From contig NC_012803.1 in assembly GCF_000023205.1 (NCBI RefSeq), forward strand, positions 1,410,001-1,442,000: a stretch of 32,000 nt of DNA, written 5' to 3'. The stretch comes from Micrococcus luteus NCTC 2665 (GTDB lineage Bacteria; Actinomycetota; Actinomycetes; Actinomycetales; Micrococcaceae). Each line of letters starts with the position of its first letter. The first letter of the stretch is position 1. The position numbers and the translations under genes are program-made. Below are positions 19,922 to 32,000 of the stretch, piece by piece. The notes under the pieces were generated by a model. It had not been told where the DNA came from, ran no database searches, and worked only from the letters and a program-made list of their open reading frames with translations.

Positions 19922-19940
19922 CCCCGGCCCCGGGGCGGGC

Positions 19941-21122
19941 TCAACGGTGCCAGGTGAGCAGCGGGACCTCCCGCTCGGCGCGCGTGGGCGCGCCGTGCTG
20001 GCCCACCATCTCGAAGGCGTGCGGGGGCACCCGCCGGCCGTCGTAGAGGGCCAGATCCCCGTGGACGGCGACGAGCAGATCCCCGATGCGGGCACGGACC
20101 CGGTCCTCGACGACGGCGCCGAACCAGCCGGCGTCGACGGCCTCGTCCCGCGTGAGCACCCATGCGTGCGCCCCGTAGCGCTCGGCCCAGGCGCGCCGCA
20201 CCCTCTCGCGCACGTCCGGACCCGCGTCGGACCGGAAGTGCAGCTGCACGAGGCGGGGCTCCCCCGCAGTGTGCGCGATCCCCTCGAGCAGCGCGGGGTC
20301 GGCGAGCTCCCCGGCGTCGTCCAGGGCGGCGTAGTCCACGCGGCGCGAGGGCGGCACGTCGACCATGCCGTGGTCGCCGGTGGCGAGCACCACCGTCCCG
20401 GCGGGCACCCGGTCCACCAGTCGCCGCACCGCCGCGTCGATCTCCTCGAGGGCGTGCAGCCACCGGTCCGAGCCCACGCCGTCCCGGTGGCCGGCCTTGT
20501 CCAGCTCGTTGACGTAGACGTAGACGAGCGTGGGCACGCGGGCGTCCTTCAGCACGCGCTCGGCGGCCTGGGTGCGGGCGATCAGGGTCCGGCCGGCCAC
20601 GAACCGGCCGCCACGCAGCCCCGCCCGTGTCAGGGCCGAACGCTCGAAGGCGGGCAGCGAGACCGTGACGGCGTCCACGCCGGCCGCGGCGGCGCGCTCG
20701 AACACGGTGGGCTTCGGCTGCCACCCCACCGGGTCGGTGGCCTCGTCCCAGCCGCCCAGCTGGTTGATCACCACGCCTCGGTCCGGGTCGAGCACGTCGT
20801 AGCCGGCCACACCGTGCTCCCCCACGTCCAGCCCGGTGCCCAGGCTCGTGAGGGAGGCGGCCGTGGTGGTGGGCACGGCCACCTCGAGGACGCGGCCGCC
20901 GTCGGCCATCGCGGAGCGCAGCGTGGGGGCGTGGCCGCCGAAGCGCTTCAGCAGGGACCGTCCGAGGCCGTCCACCAGGGCCACGACCACGCGGCGGCCC
21001 TCCGGGACCGCGAGCGCGTTCTCCCAGCCCGGGACGCCGAGGGCGGCTGCGGCGGAGGTCAGGACGGAGCGCAGGGCACGGTGGGAGGGGACCACGCCGG
21101 CGGGCAGGGCGGGCCCCGTCAC
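19941..21122 (-). CDS. alkaline-phosphatase-superfamily protein (nucleotide pyrophosphatase/phosphodiesterase-like), 393 aa
   Basis: The GTG at 21122-21120 overlaps the TGA of the DUF5998 gene (GTGA). Metal and nucleophile motifs are present: LVDGLG, PTTTAASLTSLGTG, DKAGH, GDHGM. Confidence 0.85.
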   Translation of the reverse strand: MTGPALPAGVVPSHRALRSVLTSAAAALGVPGWENALAVPEGRRVVVALVDGLGRSLLKRFGGHAPTLRSAMADGGRVLEVAVPTTTAASLTSLGTGLDVGEHGVAGYDVLDPDRGVVINQLGGWDEATDPVGWQPKPTVFERAAAAGVDAVTVSLPAFERSALTRAGLRGGRFVAGRTLIARTQAAERVLKDARVPTLVYVYVNELDKAGHRDGVGSDRWLHALEEIDAAVRRLVDRVPAGTVVLATGDHGMVDVPPSRRVDYAALDDAGELADPALLEGIAHTAGEPRLVQLHFRSDAGPDVRERVRRAWAERYGAHAWVLTRDEAVDAGWFGAVVEDRVRARIGDLLVAVHGDLALYDGRRVPPHAFEMVGQHGAPTRAEREVPLLTWHR

Positions 21123-21796
21123 GTGGTGGCCGCCAGGTGGGCGCGGCGCAGGGCTCGGGCGAAGGCCAGGGCGCCGTCGACGGCCCCCTGCCCGTCGGCG
21201 TCGGCGGCGACGCGGATCACGAGATCCTCGCGGGTGGCGGTGCCGGTGTAGCCGTGGTCGAGGTCGCACTGGGGGTCGGCGCAGCCGGCGGGCTGCAGGT
21301 CCAGGCGCTGGCCCCCGGCCCACATCAGCCCGAGGGTCATCTCGGCCACGGGGTCGGACGGCCGGAAGCGGGCGGGGTCGGCGTGGCCCGTGGTCAGGAC
21401 CACGGAGCCGAGGGCGCGGACCGGGACCATCTCGGTGGAGACCTGGGCGAGGACCGCCTGGCCGGCCGGGTCGGCGGCGTGGTCGTCGAGGTGGACTGCC
21501 AGCAGGGTGTCCCCGGCGAGCACGAGAGCCGTGATGTGCCGGTGGATCTCCTCGTAGTCGAAGTGCGTGTCCACGTGGACGAGGTGCGCGTCCGGGGTGC
21601 GGCCCTCGAGCTCGACGGCGATGGCGTGCGCCACGAGGTCCGGGTAGAAGCCGGCGCGGACGAGCGAGGCGTCGAGGCCGCCGCTGCCGTCCAGGGTGCG
21701 GGCCTCGCGCTGCCGGCCCTCGGCCTCGGGGGCGCCGGGGCGGTGGTCGGGACGGCCGGGCTCGTGACTCCTGCGGAACGGGCTCATGTCCCCCAT
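21119..21796 (-). CDS. DUF5998-family protein, about 225 aa
   Basis: The start is ATG at 21796, or possibly ATG at 21787; neither has a strong RBS. Codon bias is good. The family call is from memory of this conserved position between the acetyltransferase and the phosphatase-family gene. The remainder of the 970-aa track ORF is a shadow ORF over the acetyltransferase gene. Confidence 0.75.
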   Translation of the reverse strand: MGDMSPFRRSHEPGRPDHRPGAPEAEGRQREARTLDGSGGLDASLVRAGFYPDLVAHAIAVELEGRTPDAHLVHVDTHFDYEEIHRHITALVLAGDTLLAVHLDDHAADPAGQAVLAQVSTEMVPVRALGSVVLTTGHADPARFRPSDPVAEMTLGLMWAGGQRLDLQPAGCADPQCDLDHGYTGTATREDLVIRVAADADGQGAVDGALAFARALRRAHLAATT

Positions 21797-21843
21797 GCTA
21801 CGGGTCCGGTGCCGGGCCGTCCGGGCCCGCTGTGGCAGCCCGG

Positions 21844-24573
21844 TCAGCGGCCGCGCAGCGCGCGCCGGGCCGAGTCGGTGCGGCGGGCCGCGTTGGCGAC
21901 GTGCACCTCGGCCTGCAGCACCGTCACGCCTTCGGGGGCGGCCAGCACGGGCGCGAAGCGCAGGCGGGCGACCTGTGGCAGGTCGTCCTTGAGGACGCTG
22001 ACGCGGCCCACGAGGTCCTCGAGCGCGGCGAGGTCGACGGGGGGCACCCCGCCGGTGCCGCGCAGCTTCACGGCGGCGCGGGGGGCGCGGACCATGCGGG
22101 CCACGTCCCGGTCCGTGAGCGGGGGCACGCGGTGCACCCAGTCCCGCAGCAGGTCCGTGGCGTCGCCGGCGATGCCGAAGGAGACCACGGGGCCCAGCAG
22201 CGGGTCCTCGAGCGCCGTGAGCATGCAGGCCTGCCCGGCGGGGGCCATGGCCTGGACCTCGAGCTCGCGCACGCCGAACGGCGCGAGCAGACGGCGCATG
22301 TGCTCGACGTTGCGGCGCAGGGAGTCGGCGTCCACCACGTTCAGGCGGACGCCGCCCAGGTCGAGTCGGTGCCGCAGGTGGGGGTCCACGGCCTTGAGTG
22401 CCACGGGGAATCCGAGCCGCTCGGCGGCCGCCACGGCCTCGTCGGCGGTCTCGAACCGGGCCGAGGGCAGCACGGTGATCCCGTAGTGGCCCAGCAGCGT
22501 CTCGGTCTCCTCGTCGGAGAGCCGGACGAGTTCGGTGCCCTTGGCGCGCGCGGCGGCCGCCTCCACGAGCTCCTCGGCCTCGTGCGGGTGCACGCCGGTC
22601 GGCTCGAGCGGCTCGCCGACCTCCTGGCGGCGCCAGTGGACGTAGTCCGCGAGAGCGCCGAGCACGGTCATGGCCTGCTGCGGCGACGGGTAGAAGGGCA
22701 GGCCGGGCTGCAGGGAGCCGGGCTCGGCGTCGTCGTCGACGGGCCCGGCGGCGCCGAGCGTGGCGCCGCGGTAGCGCGGGGAGACGACGTCGGTCAGGCA
22801 GCCGAGCACGGGGATGCGGGCGTCCCGGGTCGCGTCGGCGAGGGCGTGGGCCAGCCGCTCCGGCTCGTCGTCGGCCTGGTGCAGGCCGAGGCGGGCCAGC
22901 ACCACGACGGCGTCGGCCTGCTCGTAGCGGACGGCGTCCCGGACGGCGGAGACCAGCGTCTCGGCGGGCGGGGCGATGCCCTGCTCGCTGCCGACGAGGC
23001 CGACGGTGGCCGTGACCTCGAGCCCGGCCTCGGCCGCGGCGTCGCGGCCCAGCCGCTCCAGGGCGAGCGAGTCGGCCACGAGGACGACGCGGTGGCCCGT
23101 GGGCAGCGGCTGGCTGGCCACGGCCATGAGGATGTCGAGCATGGCCTCGTGCGTGTGGGCCTCGAGCACGCCGGTCTGGTCGAGCATCGAGTCCACGGTG
23201 CCCTCGGGGGCCTGGGTGGTGCGGGTCTCGTGGCCCGGGGGCAGGAAGCGCCCGGTGACGTCGGAGCGGACCACCACGACGGGCTTGGTGCGGGAGAGCC
23301 GTCGGGCGATGCGGGAGAACTTGCGCGGGTTGCCGAACGACTCGAGGTACACGCCGACGGCGGCGGTGTGGGGATCCGCCTCGAAGAACTGCATGGCGTC
23401 GTTGCCCGAGACGTCCGCACGGTTGCCGGCGCTGATCGAGGTGGAGATCCCCACCCCGCGGCGCTTGACGCCGGCGGAGACCATGGCGCCGACGGCGCCG
23501 GACTGGCTGAACAGGCCGACGGGGCCGCGCTGGGCCAGGCCCGGGGACGGGGAGGCGTTGAGGCGGATCGCGGGGTCGGTGCGGACCAGCCCGGCGGAGG
23601 CCGGGCCGATCACGCGCATGCCGTGGGCGCGGGCGAGGGAGACCAGGCGGCGCTGGGCCTCGAGTCCCTCGGCGCCGGCGTCGGCGTAGCCCGAGGTGAG
23701 GACGACGAGCCCCTGGGCCCCGGCCGCGGCGGCCTCGGGGATGAGGGCCTCGACCTCGTCGGCGGGCACGGCGACGACGACGAGGTCGACCGGCTCGCCG
23801 ATGTCGGCCAGGGAGCGGTGGGCGGTGAGGCCCTGGACGTCCTCGGCGGCGCGGTTCACGGCATGGACGGCACCCGTGAAGCCCGCCTCGAGGACGTGGC
23901 GCAGCACGAGCGAGCCCACGGCCTGCGGATCGCGGGAGGCGCCGACGACGGCCACCGAGGCGGGCTCGACCAGCTCGGCGACGCTGCGGGACTCGGCCCG
24001 GTGCTCGCGGGACTCGACGACGGCGCGCCACCGGGCGGTGGGGTCGATGGGGAACTCGACGGCCACGACGCCGTCCTCGAACCGGCGGGTCACCTCGAAG
24101 CCGGACTCCTGGAACACGGAGAGCATCTTGCGGTTCTCGGGCAGGACCTCGGCGGTGAAGCGGCGGATGCCGTTCTCGCGGGCGGCGACGGCCAGGTGCT
24201 CCATGAGGATGGAGCCCAGCCCACGGCCCTGCGCTGCGTCGGAGATGTTGAAGGCGACCTCCGCGGCGTCGGAGTCCCCGTAGCGGTCGTAGCGGCCCAC
24301 GCCGAGCAGGCGGCCGCCGCGGGTGATCACGAACGCCACCCGGTCCCGGTGGTCCACGTGGGTGAACCGGTCCAGGTCCTTGGCGCTCAGCTCGGACTTG
24401 TACGTGAAGTAGCGCAGGTAGATGGAGTTCTCGGACTGCCCGGCGTGCATGCGCTGCAGCTCGGCGGCGTCCTCGGGCGAGATGGGCCGCAGGTGGGCCG
24501 TGGCGCCGTCACGGAGCACCACATCGGCCTCCCAGTGGGAGGGATATCCGCGGACGGCTTCGGTCTCACCCAT
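21844..24573 (-). CDS. bifunctional GNAT N-acetyltransferase / NDP-forming acyl-CoA synthetase-like protein (Pat-type protein acetyltransferase with N-terminal GNAT), 909 aa
   Basis: ATG at 24573 has AAGGTGA upstream. The N-terminal GNAT domain carries [13 protein letters not shown] and [16 protein letters not shown]. It is followed by a CoA-binding domain ([14 protein letters not shown]), succinyl-CoA-synthetase-like domains and an ATP-grasp domain ([11 protein letters not shown]...GFPVALKAV). Confidence 0.9.
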   Translation of the reverse strand: MGETEAVRGYPSHWEADVVLRDGATAHLRPISPEDAAELQRMHAGQSENSIYLRYFTYKSELSAKDLDRFTHVDHRDRVAFVITRGGRLLGVGRYDRYGDSDAAEVAFNISDAAQGRGLGSILMEHLAVAARENGIRRFTAEVLPENRKMLSVFQESGFEVTRRFEDGVVAVEFPIDPTARWRAVVESREHRAESRSVAELVEPASVAVVGASRDPQAVGSLVLRHVLEAGFTGAVHAVNRAAEDVQGLTAHRSLADIGEPVDLVVVAVPADEVEALIPEAAAAGAQGLVVLTSGYADAGAEGLEAQRRLVSLARAHGMRVIGPASAGLVRTDPAIRLNASPSPGLAQRGPVGLFSQSGAVGAMVSAGVKRRGVGISTSISAGNRADVSGNDAMQFFEADPHTAAVGVYLESFGNPRKFSRIARRLSRTKPVVVVRSDVTGRFLPPGHETRTTQAPEGTVDSMLDQTGVLEAHTHEAMLDILMAVASQPLPTGHRVVLVADSLALERLGRDAAAEAGLEVTATVGLVGSEQGIAPPAETLVSAVRDAVRYEQADAVVVLARLGLHQADDEPERLAHALADATRDARIPVLGCLTDVVSPRYRGATLGAAGPVDDDAEPGSLQPGLPFYPSPQQAMTVLGALADYVHWRRQEVGEPLEPTGVHPHEAEELVEAAAARAKGTELVRLSDEETETLLGHYGITVLPSARFETADEAVAAAERLGFPVALKAVDPHLRHRLDLGGVRLNVVDADSLRRNVEHMRRLLAPFGVRELEVQAMAPAGQACMLTALEDPLLGPVVSFGIAGDATDLLRDWVHRVPPLTDRDVARMVRAPRAAVKLRGTGGVPPVDLAALEDLVGRVSVLKDDLPQVARLRFAPVLAAPEGVTVLQAEVHVANAARRTDSARRALRGR

Positions 24574-24621
24574 AGGATCACCTTAGACAATCCCCGACGC
24601 CGTGAGGACTCCCCGACCACC

Positions 24622-27228
<2,607 letters not shown>

Positions 27229-27237
27229 TCAGGGGCC

Positions 27238-30200
27238 TCAGCAGCCGACCCGCACAGGGACGTCCCCGTCCTCAAGCAGCCTGCCGTCATGGGTGACGGC
27301 CACGACGATCCTGTCCATCAGGGCCTGGCGCAGATCCGTCATGAGAGCGCGTGCCTCGTCGGCGTCCACGTGTGCGGTCGGCTCGTCCAGCAGCACGACA
27401 TCGGCGCGGGCCACGAGAGCCCGGGCCACGGCCAGGCGTTGACGCTGCCCGCCTGAGAGCCGCTGCCCGCCTGGGCCGACGCGCGTGTCCAGGCCCTGCG
27501 GTGCGGCGGCCAGCCACGGGCCCAGTCCCACCAGCTCGAGCGCGGCGGTGAGCTCTGCGTCGGACGGGGCGTCCGCGACGCCGCGGGCCAGGGCGAGGTT
27601 GCCGCGCACCGTGGAGTCGAAGATCAGGGCGTCCTGCGGGGTCCAGGCGACCCGGGCCAGCGCCGTCACGTCCGGGCGGACCGGGTCCGGCTGGGGCGTC
27701 GGGGGCACGGTCTCAAGCGTGTACCGGCCGGCGGTCAGGGGCAGGAAGCCCAGCAGCACGGCCAGCAGGGTCGACTTCCCGGACCCGGAGGGCCCGGTGA
27801 CGACGGCGACGTCCCCGGGGGCCAGGTCGAGCTCCAGGTCGGTCCACAGCGGCGGCGCACCGGGGTGGGCGAAGGCGGCCTCCGCCAGGCGCATGCGGCA
27901 CACCCGTGCCTCCGGCTCTGCGGCCTCCGCCGGCTCAGGCGGCGCCGCGGCAGCTCCGCCCTCCTCCGGGCCGAGCAGCTCGCCGGTCGCCCGCGCCCGA
28001 TCCGCCAGGGTGCCCCAGTGCTGGGCGGCGGCGGCCAGCGCCCCATAGGGCTCGGCCCAGGAGAGTGCGAGCAGCACCACCAGGGCCGCGACCGGCGCTG
28101 AGGTGCCGGTGTGGGCCGCCGCGGCCGCCGCGGCCACCGCGATCCCCCCGGAGGCCGCGACCGCCAGCGCCCGGCCCCCGCCGGCGGCCCACGCGGCCCG
28201 GCGGCGGGGACGCTGCAGCCGGTCGTCCAGCACCGCCAGTCCCCTCAGCGCAGGCTCGGTCAGCCCCAGCCCGCGCAGGTCCCCGGCCGCGTTCAGCACG
28301 GCGGCCACACGGTCGACGAGCGCGCCCTGCCCTCGCACCTGGGCCGCGGTCTGGCGGCGGTCCAGGACGGCGACCAGCGAGGGGATCACCACCAGGGCGA
28401 CCGCCCCGGGCACCAGGGCCACGACCGCCAGCTCCGGGGCCAACGCCCAGGTCAGGGCGGCGGTGGCCAGCCAGGCGAGCAGGGCCGCCGGGGCAGGCAC
28501 GAGCACCCGGGGCACCGCGTCCCGAAAGGCGTCCACGTCCGAGACCAGCAGGGACAGGGCGCCGTCGGTCCGGCCCACCCGCCCCCACAGCCGGGGTTGA
28601 CGGCCCAGCGCGTCCCACAGGCGCAGCCGCAGCTCCGTGGCCCAGCCGAACACGGCGTCGTGGGTGGTCAGCCGGTCCAGGTAGCGGAACACGGCCCGGG
28701 ACAGGCCGAACCCGCGCACGAGCACGATCACGGCCAGCAGGTAGAGCACCGGCGGCCGCGTCGAGGCGGTGACGATCAGCCAGCCGGACAGTGCCGCCAG
28801 CAGTGCCGCGGACACGTGGGTCCCGGCGGCCCAGCCGATGCCGGCCCAGAGCTTCGGTTGCCGCCACGGCAGCAGCCGCAGTCCGGCCCGCAGCGAGACC
28901 CGTCGCGGGGTGACCGGCTCCGGCCGCGCACGCCCCTGGACGGCGGCGACCGGCACAGCCGTGGCCGGGGATCCGGCGGTCGGACCGGCGCCGGGGGTCA
29001 GCCGGACGATGACGTCGGCGGCCCTCAGCAGGGTGGGATCGTGGGAGGCGGCCAGCACGGTGCACTGCGGGGTGCTCAGCCCGGGCACCGCACCGGAGGG
29101 CAGGGCCGCGAGGGTCTCGGCGACGACGGCGGCCGCGGCGCCGTCCAGGTGGGCGGTGGGCTCGTCCAGGAGCACGAGCCACGGGCCAGTCCCGTCCGCG
29201 GCGTGCAGGCGGGCCAGGAGGCGGGCGACCGCGACCCGCCGGCGCTCCCCCGGGCTCAGATCGGCCGGGTCCCGCTCCTGGAGACCCTCGAGCGCCACGG
29301 CGGCCAGCACGGCGGAGCGAACGGGACCGGGCAGCGCACCCCCGGCGGCCAGGTCCAGTTCGCCGGCGACCGTGCGCTCGGTCAGCACGGGGTGCTGCCC
29401 GATCCAGAGGGTGCGTTCCGGGTCGACGCCGGCGACCCGGCCGGTGGCCTCGGCGGCGTCCTGGCGCAGCAGGCCGGCCAGCAGACGCAGGACGGTGGAC
29501 TTGCCGGTGCCGGAGGGTCCGGCCAGCGCGGTCAGGCGCCCCGGGAGCGCGGTGAGGTCGAGGCCCTCGAGCACCTGCCGTCCGGCCAGCCGGACGCTCA
29601 GGTCCTGCACCAGGACGCTGCCGTCCCGGTCCGGCCCGGAGGCCGGCCCGAGCGTCTCGAGCACGGGGGCCGGGACGGGGGCGTCGGCCGCGGCCCGGGC
29701 GCGGTACTCGGCCTCCCGGCCGTCCTCGGAGGCGTGGAAGGCCGCGCCGACCTCCCGCAGCGGCAGGTAGACCTCGGCGGCGAGGATGAGGACCACCAGG
29801 CCGTCGAGAAGCGCCATCTGCCCGTTCACCAGGCGCAGTCCGATGAACACCGCCATGACAGCCACGGACAGGGAGGCGATCAGCTCGAGGGCGAGACCCG
29901 AGAGGAATGCGGTGCGCAGCGTGACCATCGTGGCCGCGTGGTGCCGCTGGGAGACCTCCTGCAGAGCGCGGCGCTGGACGCCGGCCCGGTGGAGTCCGAC
30001 GAGCACCGGCAGGCCGCGGGCGAGCTCCAGCAGGTGCCCGGCCAGCCGGTCGAGCCCGTCCTGGGCGGCATCGATGCGCTCCTGGGTGTGGCGGCCCACC
30101 AGGATCATGAACAGGGGAACCAGGGGCAGGGTGATGGCGGCCACCACGGCGGAGACGAGGTCGTGGGTGAGGATCCACACGCCCAGGGCCGCCGGGACCA

Positions 30201-30753
30201 CGGCGGTGGCGGCCAGCGCGGGCAGGGCTTCGGTGTAGTGGTCGTCCAGGCTCTTGAGGCCGTGGGTGACCAGGACGGCATCGGCGCCGGAACGGGGGCG
30301 TCCGCCGTCGGCGGCGGCCAGCCGTTGGGCGACGACGGCGGCCCGCACCTGCTGCTGGGCCCCCAGCGCGGCGCGGCGGCCCACCACGCGCTGCCCCGCC
30401 TCCGCCAGGGCACGCAGGGCCACCCCGGCCGCCCCGAGCAGCACGGGGCCGCTCAGGGTCTGCGCGGCGGGCACAGGGCCCACGGGGGCCGGCGGGTGGA
30501 ACAGCAGGTCCAGCAGCCGGGCGGAGTCCTCGGGGTCCAGGGTCATCGCCAGGCCGGTGATCAGCCGGGCCAGGGATTCGGCGAGCAGGATCCAGCCGAG
30601 CGCGCGCAGTACGGCGAGGGCCAGCAGGGCCGGCAGGGCCCGACGTGCGGCCGGGGTCATCGGGGGCCGGGCCCGACGGATCGGGCCCGGAGGCGGCCCG
30701 GCCGCCGAGGCGGAGCGCTCGACGGCCGGGGCGGCGGGGCGGCTGGGGCTCAC
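27238..30753 (-). CDS. cydDC: fused thiol-reductant ABC exporter CydD-CydC (two TMD-NBD halves in one polypeptide), 1171 aa (1140 aa if it starts at ATG 30660)
   Basis: A single frame with no internal stop spans both halves. The first half has Walker A GPSGTGKST, signature LSPGERRR, Walker B LVLLDEPTAHLD and an H-loop SHD. The second half starts around RLLPWRQPKLW...SGWLIVTAS and has Walker A GPSGSGKST, signature LSGGQRQR, Walker B VVLLDEPTAHVD and an H-loop THD. The GTG at 30753 overlaps the cydB TGA (GTGA), matching the coupling style used elsewhere in this window. ATG at 30660 is the alternative start. Confidence 0.85.
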   Translation of the reverse strand: MSPSRPAAPAVERSASAAGPPPGPIRRARPPMTPAARRALPALLALAVLRALGWILLAESLARLITGLAMTLDPEDSARLLDLLFHPPAPVGPVPAAQTLSGPVLLGAAGVALRALAEAGQRVVGRRAALGAQQQVRAAVVAQRLAAADGGRPRSGADAVLVTHGLKSLDDHYTEALPALAATAVVPAALGVWILTHDLVSAVVAAITLPLVPLFMILVGRHTQERIDAAQDGLDRLAGHLLELARGLPVLVGLHRAGVQRRALQEVSQRHHAATMVTLRTAFLSGLALELIASLSVAVMAVFIGLRLVNGQMALLDGLVVLILAAEVYLPLREVGAAFHASEDGREAEYRARAAADAPVPAPVLETLGPASGPDRDGSVLVQDLSVRLAGRQVLEGLDLTALPGRLTALAGPSGTGKSTVLRLLAGLLRQDAAEATGRVAGVDPERTLWIGQHPVLTERTVAGELDLAAGGALPGPVRSAVLAAVALEGLQERDPADLSPGERRRVAVARLLARLHAADGTGPWLVLLDEPTAHLDGAAAAVVAETLAALPSGAVPGLSTPQCTVLAASHDPTLLRAADVIVRLTPGAGPTAGSPATAVPVAAVQGRARPEPVTPRRVSLRAGLRLLPWRQPKLWAGIGWAAGTHVSAALLAALSGWLIVTASTRPPVLYLLAVIVLVRGFGLSRAVFRYLDRLTTHDAVFGWATELRLRLWDALGRQPRLWGRVGRTDGALSLLVSDVDAFRDAVPRVLVPAPAALLAWLATAALTWALAPELAVVALVPGAVALVVIPSLVAVLDRRQTAAQVRGQGALVDRVAAVLNAAGDLRGLGLTEPALRGLAVLDDRLQRPRRRAAWAAGGGRALAVAASGGIAVAAAAAAAHTGTSAPVAALVVLLALSWAEPYGALAAAAQHWGTLADRARATGELLGPEEGGAAAAPPEPAEAAEPEARVCRMRLAEAAFAHPGAPPLWTDLELDLAPGDVAVVTGPSGSGKSTLLAVLLGFLPLTAGRYTLETVPPTPQPDPVRPDVTALARVAWTPQDALIFDSTVRGNLALARGVADAPSDAELTAALELVGLGPWLAAAPQGLDTRVGPGGQRLSGGQRQRLAVARALVARADVVLLDEPTAHVDADEARALMTDLRQALMDRIVVAVTHDGRLLEDGDVPVRVGC

Positions 30754-31772
30754 AGAGGCTCCACCAGGTGGGCCTCCGGGATGTGGGTGTCGGCCAGACG
30801 GCGGCGGAACATCCAGTAGGACCACCCCGTGTAGGCCAGCACGATGGGCACGAAGATCAGGGAGATCACGGCCATCAGGCCCAGGGTGTACGGGCCGGAG
30901 GAGGCCAGCTGAGCGGTGAGGCTGAACTGCGGGTCCACCGTGGAGGGCAGCACGACCGGGTACTGGGTGACCATGATCGCCGTCCACGCCAGCACCAGAA
31001 CCAGCGTCAGGGACGTGAAGGCCAGGCCCTCGCGGCCGGCCCGGGCGGCCACCACCGACGCGGCCACCGCCACGACGGCCAGCACCAGCAGCGCCCAGGT
31101 CCACGGGCGGTCGCCGCGGGCCACCACGAGCCCTGCCCAGACCAGCAGCGGCAGCACGGCCAGCGGGGTCCACGTGGACAGGAAGCGGGCGGCCGACCGG
31201 CGGGGGGCGCCGTCGGTCTTCAGGCCGATGAACGCCCACGCCTGCGCCAGGGAGAAGCCGACCACGGCCAGACCACCGAGCAGCGCCGGGCCGGTCACCC
31301 ACACGAAGGGGCCGCCCACCCGGTCCCCGTTGGCGTCCAGCGGCAGGCCGGTCGTCGTCAGCACGAGCAGCACGCCGGCCATGAAGGCCGCCAGGAACGA
31401 GCCGATGCCCAGGGTCCAGGTCCAGATCTCCCGGCCGGCGTCGGTGGCGGCCTTGCCGCGGTACTCGATGGACACCGCCCGCAGGATCAGACCGAACAGC
31501 ATCACGAGCATCGGCAGGTACAGGGTGGAGAACACCGCCGCGTACCAGAACGGGAAGGCCGCGAACATGGCTCCGACGGCGGTGATCAGCCACACCTCGT
31601 TGCCCTCCCAGACGGGGCCGATGATGTTCAGCAGCACCCGGCGCCGTGGCTCGTCCCGTGCCCAGAAGCGCACGAGCATGCCGACCCCGAGGTCGAAGCC
31701 ATCGAGGGCCAGGTAGCCGAGCCAGAGCACGGCGATGATGACGTACCAGTAGACGGGAAGGACCTCAGCCAT
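30750..31772 (-). CDS. cydB: cytochrome bd ubiquinol/menaquinol oxidase subunit II, 340 aa
   Basis: ATG at 31772 has GAGAGGA upstream. The sequence YVIIAVLWLGYLALDGFDLGVGML...GPVWEGNEVWLI is a classic CydB N-terminus. It has 8-9 TM helices. Confidence 0.95.
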   Translation of the reverse strand: MAEVLPVYWYVIIAVLWLGYLALDGFDLGVGMLVRFWARDEPRRRVLLNIIGPVWEGNEVWLITAVGAMFAAFPFWYAAVFSTLYLPMLVMLFGLILRAVSIEYRGKAATDAGREIWTWTLGIGSFLAAFMAGVLLVLTTTGLPLDANGDRVGGPFVWVTGPALLGGLAVVGFSLAQAWAFIGLKTDGAPRRSAARFLSTWTPLAVLPLLVWAGLVVARGDRPWTWALLVLAVVAVAASVVAARAGREGLAFTSLTLVLVLAWTAIMVTQYPVVLPSTVDPQFSLTAQLASSGPYTLGLMAVISLIFVPIVLAYTGWSYWMFRRRLADTHIPEAHLVEPL

Positions 31773-31799
31773 GGTCGTGCTGTCCTCTCTGCGAGCGGG

Positions 31800-32000
31800 T
31801 CAGTAGGCGAACGCGAGCACGTCGTCGCGGTCGCGCTTCTGTTCATCGGAGTGCTCGGCGGCGGTGAGCTCCGGCATGGCGGCCGGGACGCCGCCGCGGA
31901 CGAACCGGGTCAGCAGGAAGACCTCGACGCCCAGCAGCACCGCGTAGATCCCGACCAGGACGATCAGGGACACGAGGACCTCTTCACCCGTGACCCCGGG
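31800..32000 (-). CDS. cydA: cytochrome bd oxidase subunit I, C-terminal 66 codons only (the rest lies outside the window)
   Basis: This is not in the ORF track because the start lies outside the window. My translation of the minus frame ending at TGA 31800-31802 gives ...GEEVLVSLIVLVGIYAVLLGVEVFLLTRFVRGGVPAAMPELTAAEHSDEQKRDRDDVLAFAY. That is a final TM helix plus a tail, lying 27 nt upstream of cydB. Confidence 0.8.
   Translation of the reverse strand, partial: PGVTGEEVLVSLIVLVGIYAVLLGVEVFLLTRFVRGGVPAAMPELTAAEHSDEQKRDRDDVLAFAY

Noticed and set aside
21806-21815. The 10-mer CCGGTGCCGG is shared between the DUF5998 upstream region and the palindrome at 18253-18262.
   Set aside because: The site at 21806 has no inverted partner. 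A single shared GC-rich 10-mer between two intergenic regions is plausibly chance.
21797-24621. The long upstream extensions of the 970-aa minus ORF (21119-24031) and the 1798-aa plus ORF (21832-27228).
   Set aside because: Both extensions overlap the 909-aa acetyltransferase gene, out of frame or antisense, and are Arg/Pro/Gly-rich nonsense. Only the DUF5998 part (21119-21796) and the ParC part (24622-27228) show real protein features.
27935-30819. A 747-aa minus ORF and a 902-aa plus ORF inside cydDC.
   Set aside because: They are shadow frames of the fused cydDC gene and have Arg/Pro/Gly-rich composition. The ABC motifs occur only in the 27238-30753 frame.

Overview
This is a very G+C-rich, gene-dense chromosomal segment. 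Its composition, codon bias (G/C at nearly every third codon position) and gene order match a high-GC actinobacterium, possibly Micrococcales; the taxon is inference.

I can support 26 protein-coding genes, two of them cut by the window edges. I found no rRNA or tRNA genes, no CRISPR array, no transposase, integrase or phage genes, and no compositionally foreign island.

Gene content, left to right:
- a fadB-type 3-hydroxyacyl-CoA dehydrogenase (partial);
- a divergent pair made of an unknown 218-aa protein and a Tat-lipoprotein Rieske protein;
- a minus-strand dxs operon (dxs, a 172-aa unknown, an aldo/keto reductase, a small PLDc_N-like membrane protein);
- aconitase;
- a TRAM/SAM RNA methyltransferase;
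- an APC-type permease divergent from two overlapping trkA (ceoB/ceoC-like) genes;
- the actinobacterial dut neighbourhood (DUF3159, OB-fold, DUF3710, dut, DUF3093, DUF4193);
- sepH;
- an operon of a GNAT/acyl-CoA-synthetase-like protein acetyltransferase, DUF5998 and an alkaline-phosphatase-superfamily protein;
- topoisomerase IV subunit A;
- the end of a cydA-cydB-cydDC operon in which cydD and cydC form one reading frame.

Most of the very long ORFs in the supplied track are shadow ORFs, caused by the scarcity of stop codons in GC-rich DNA.

This is a conserved core region, not an accessory island. From memory it is largely syntenic with the M. tuberculosis Rv2682c-Rv2699c region. I see no convincing stand-alone novel system. 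The items most worth a second look are conserved but uncharacterised modules:
- the translationally chained dut-DUF3710-OB-fold-DUF3159 block;
- the acetyltransferase-DUF5998-phosphodiesterase operon;
- the TrkA pair with no TrkH/KtrB partner, next to an APC permease;
- the fused CydDC.
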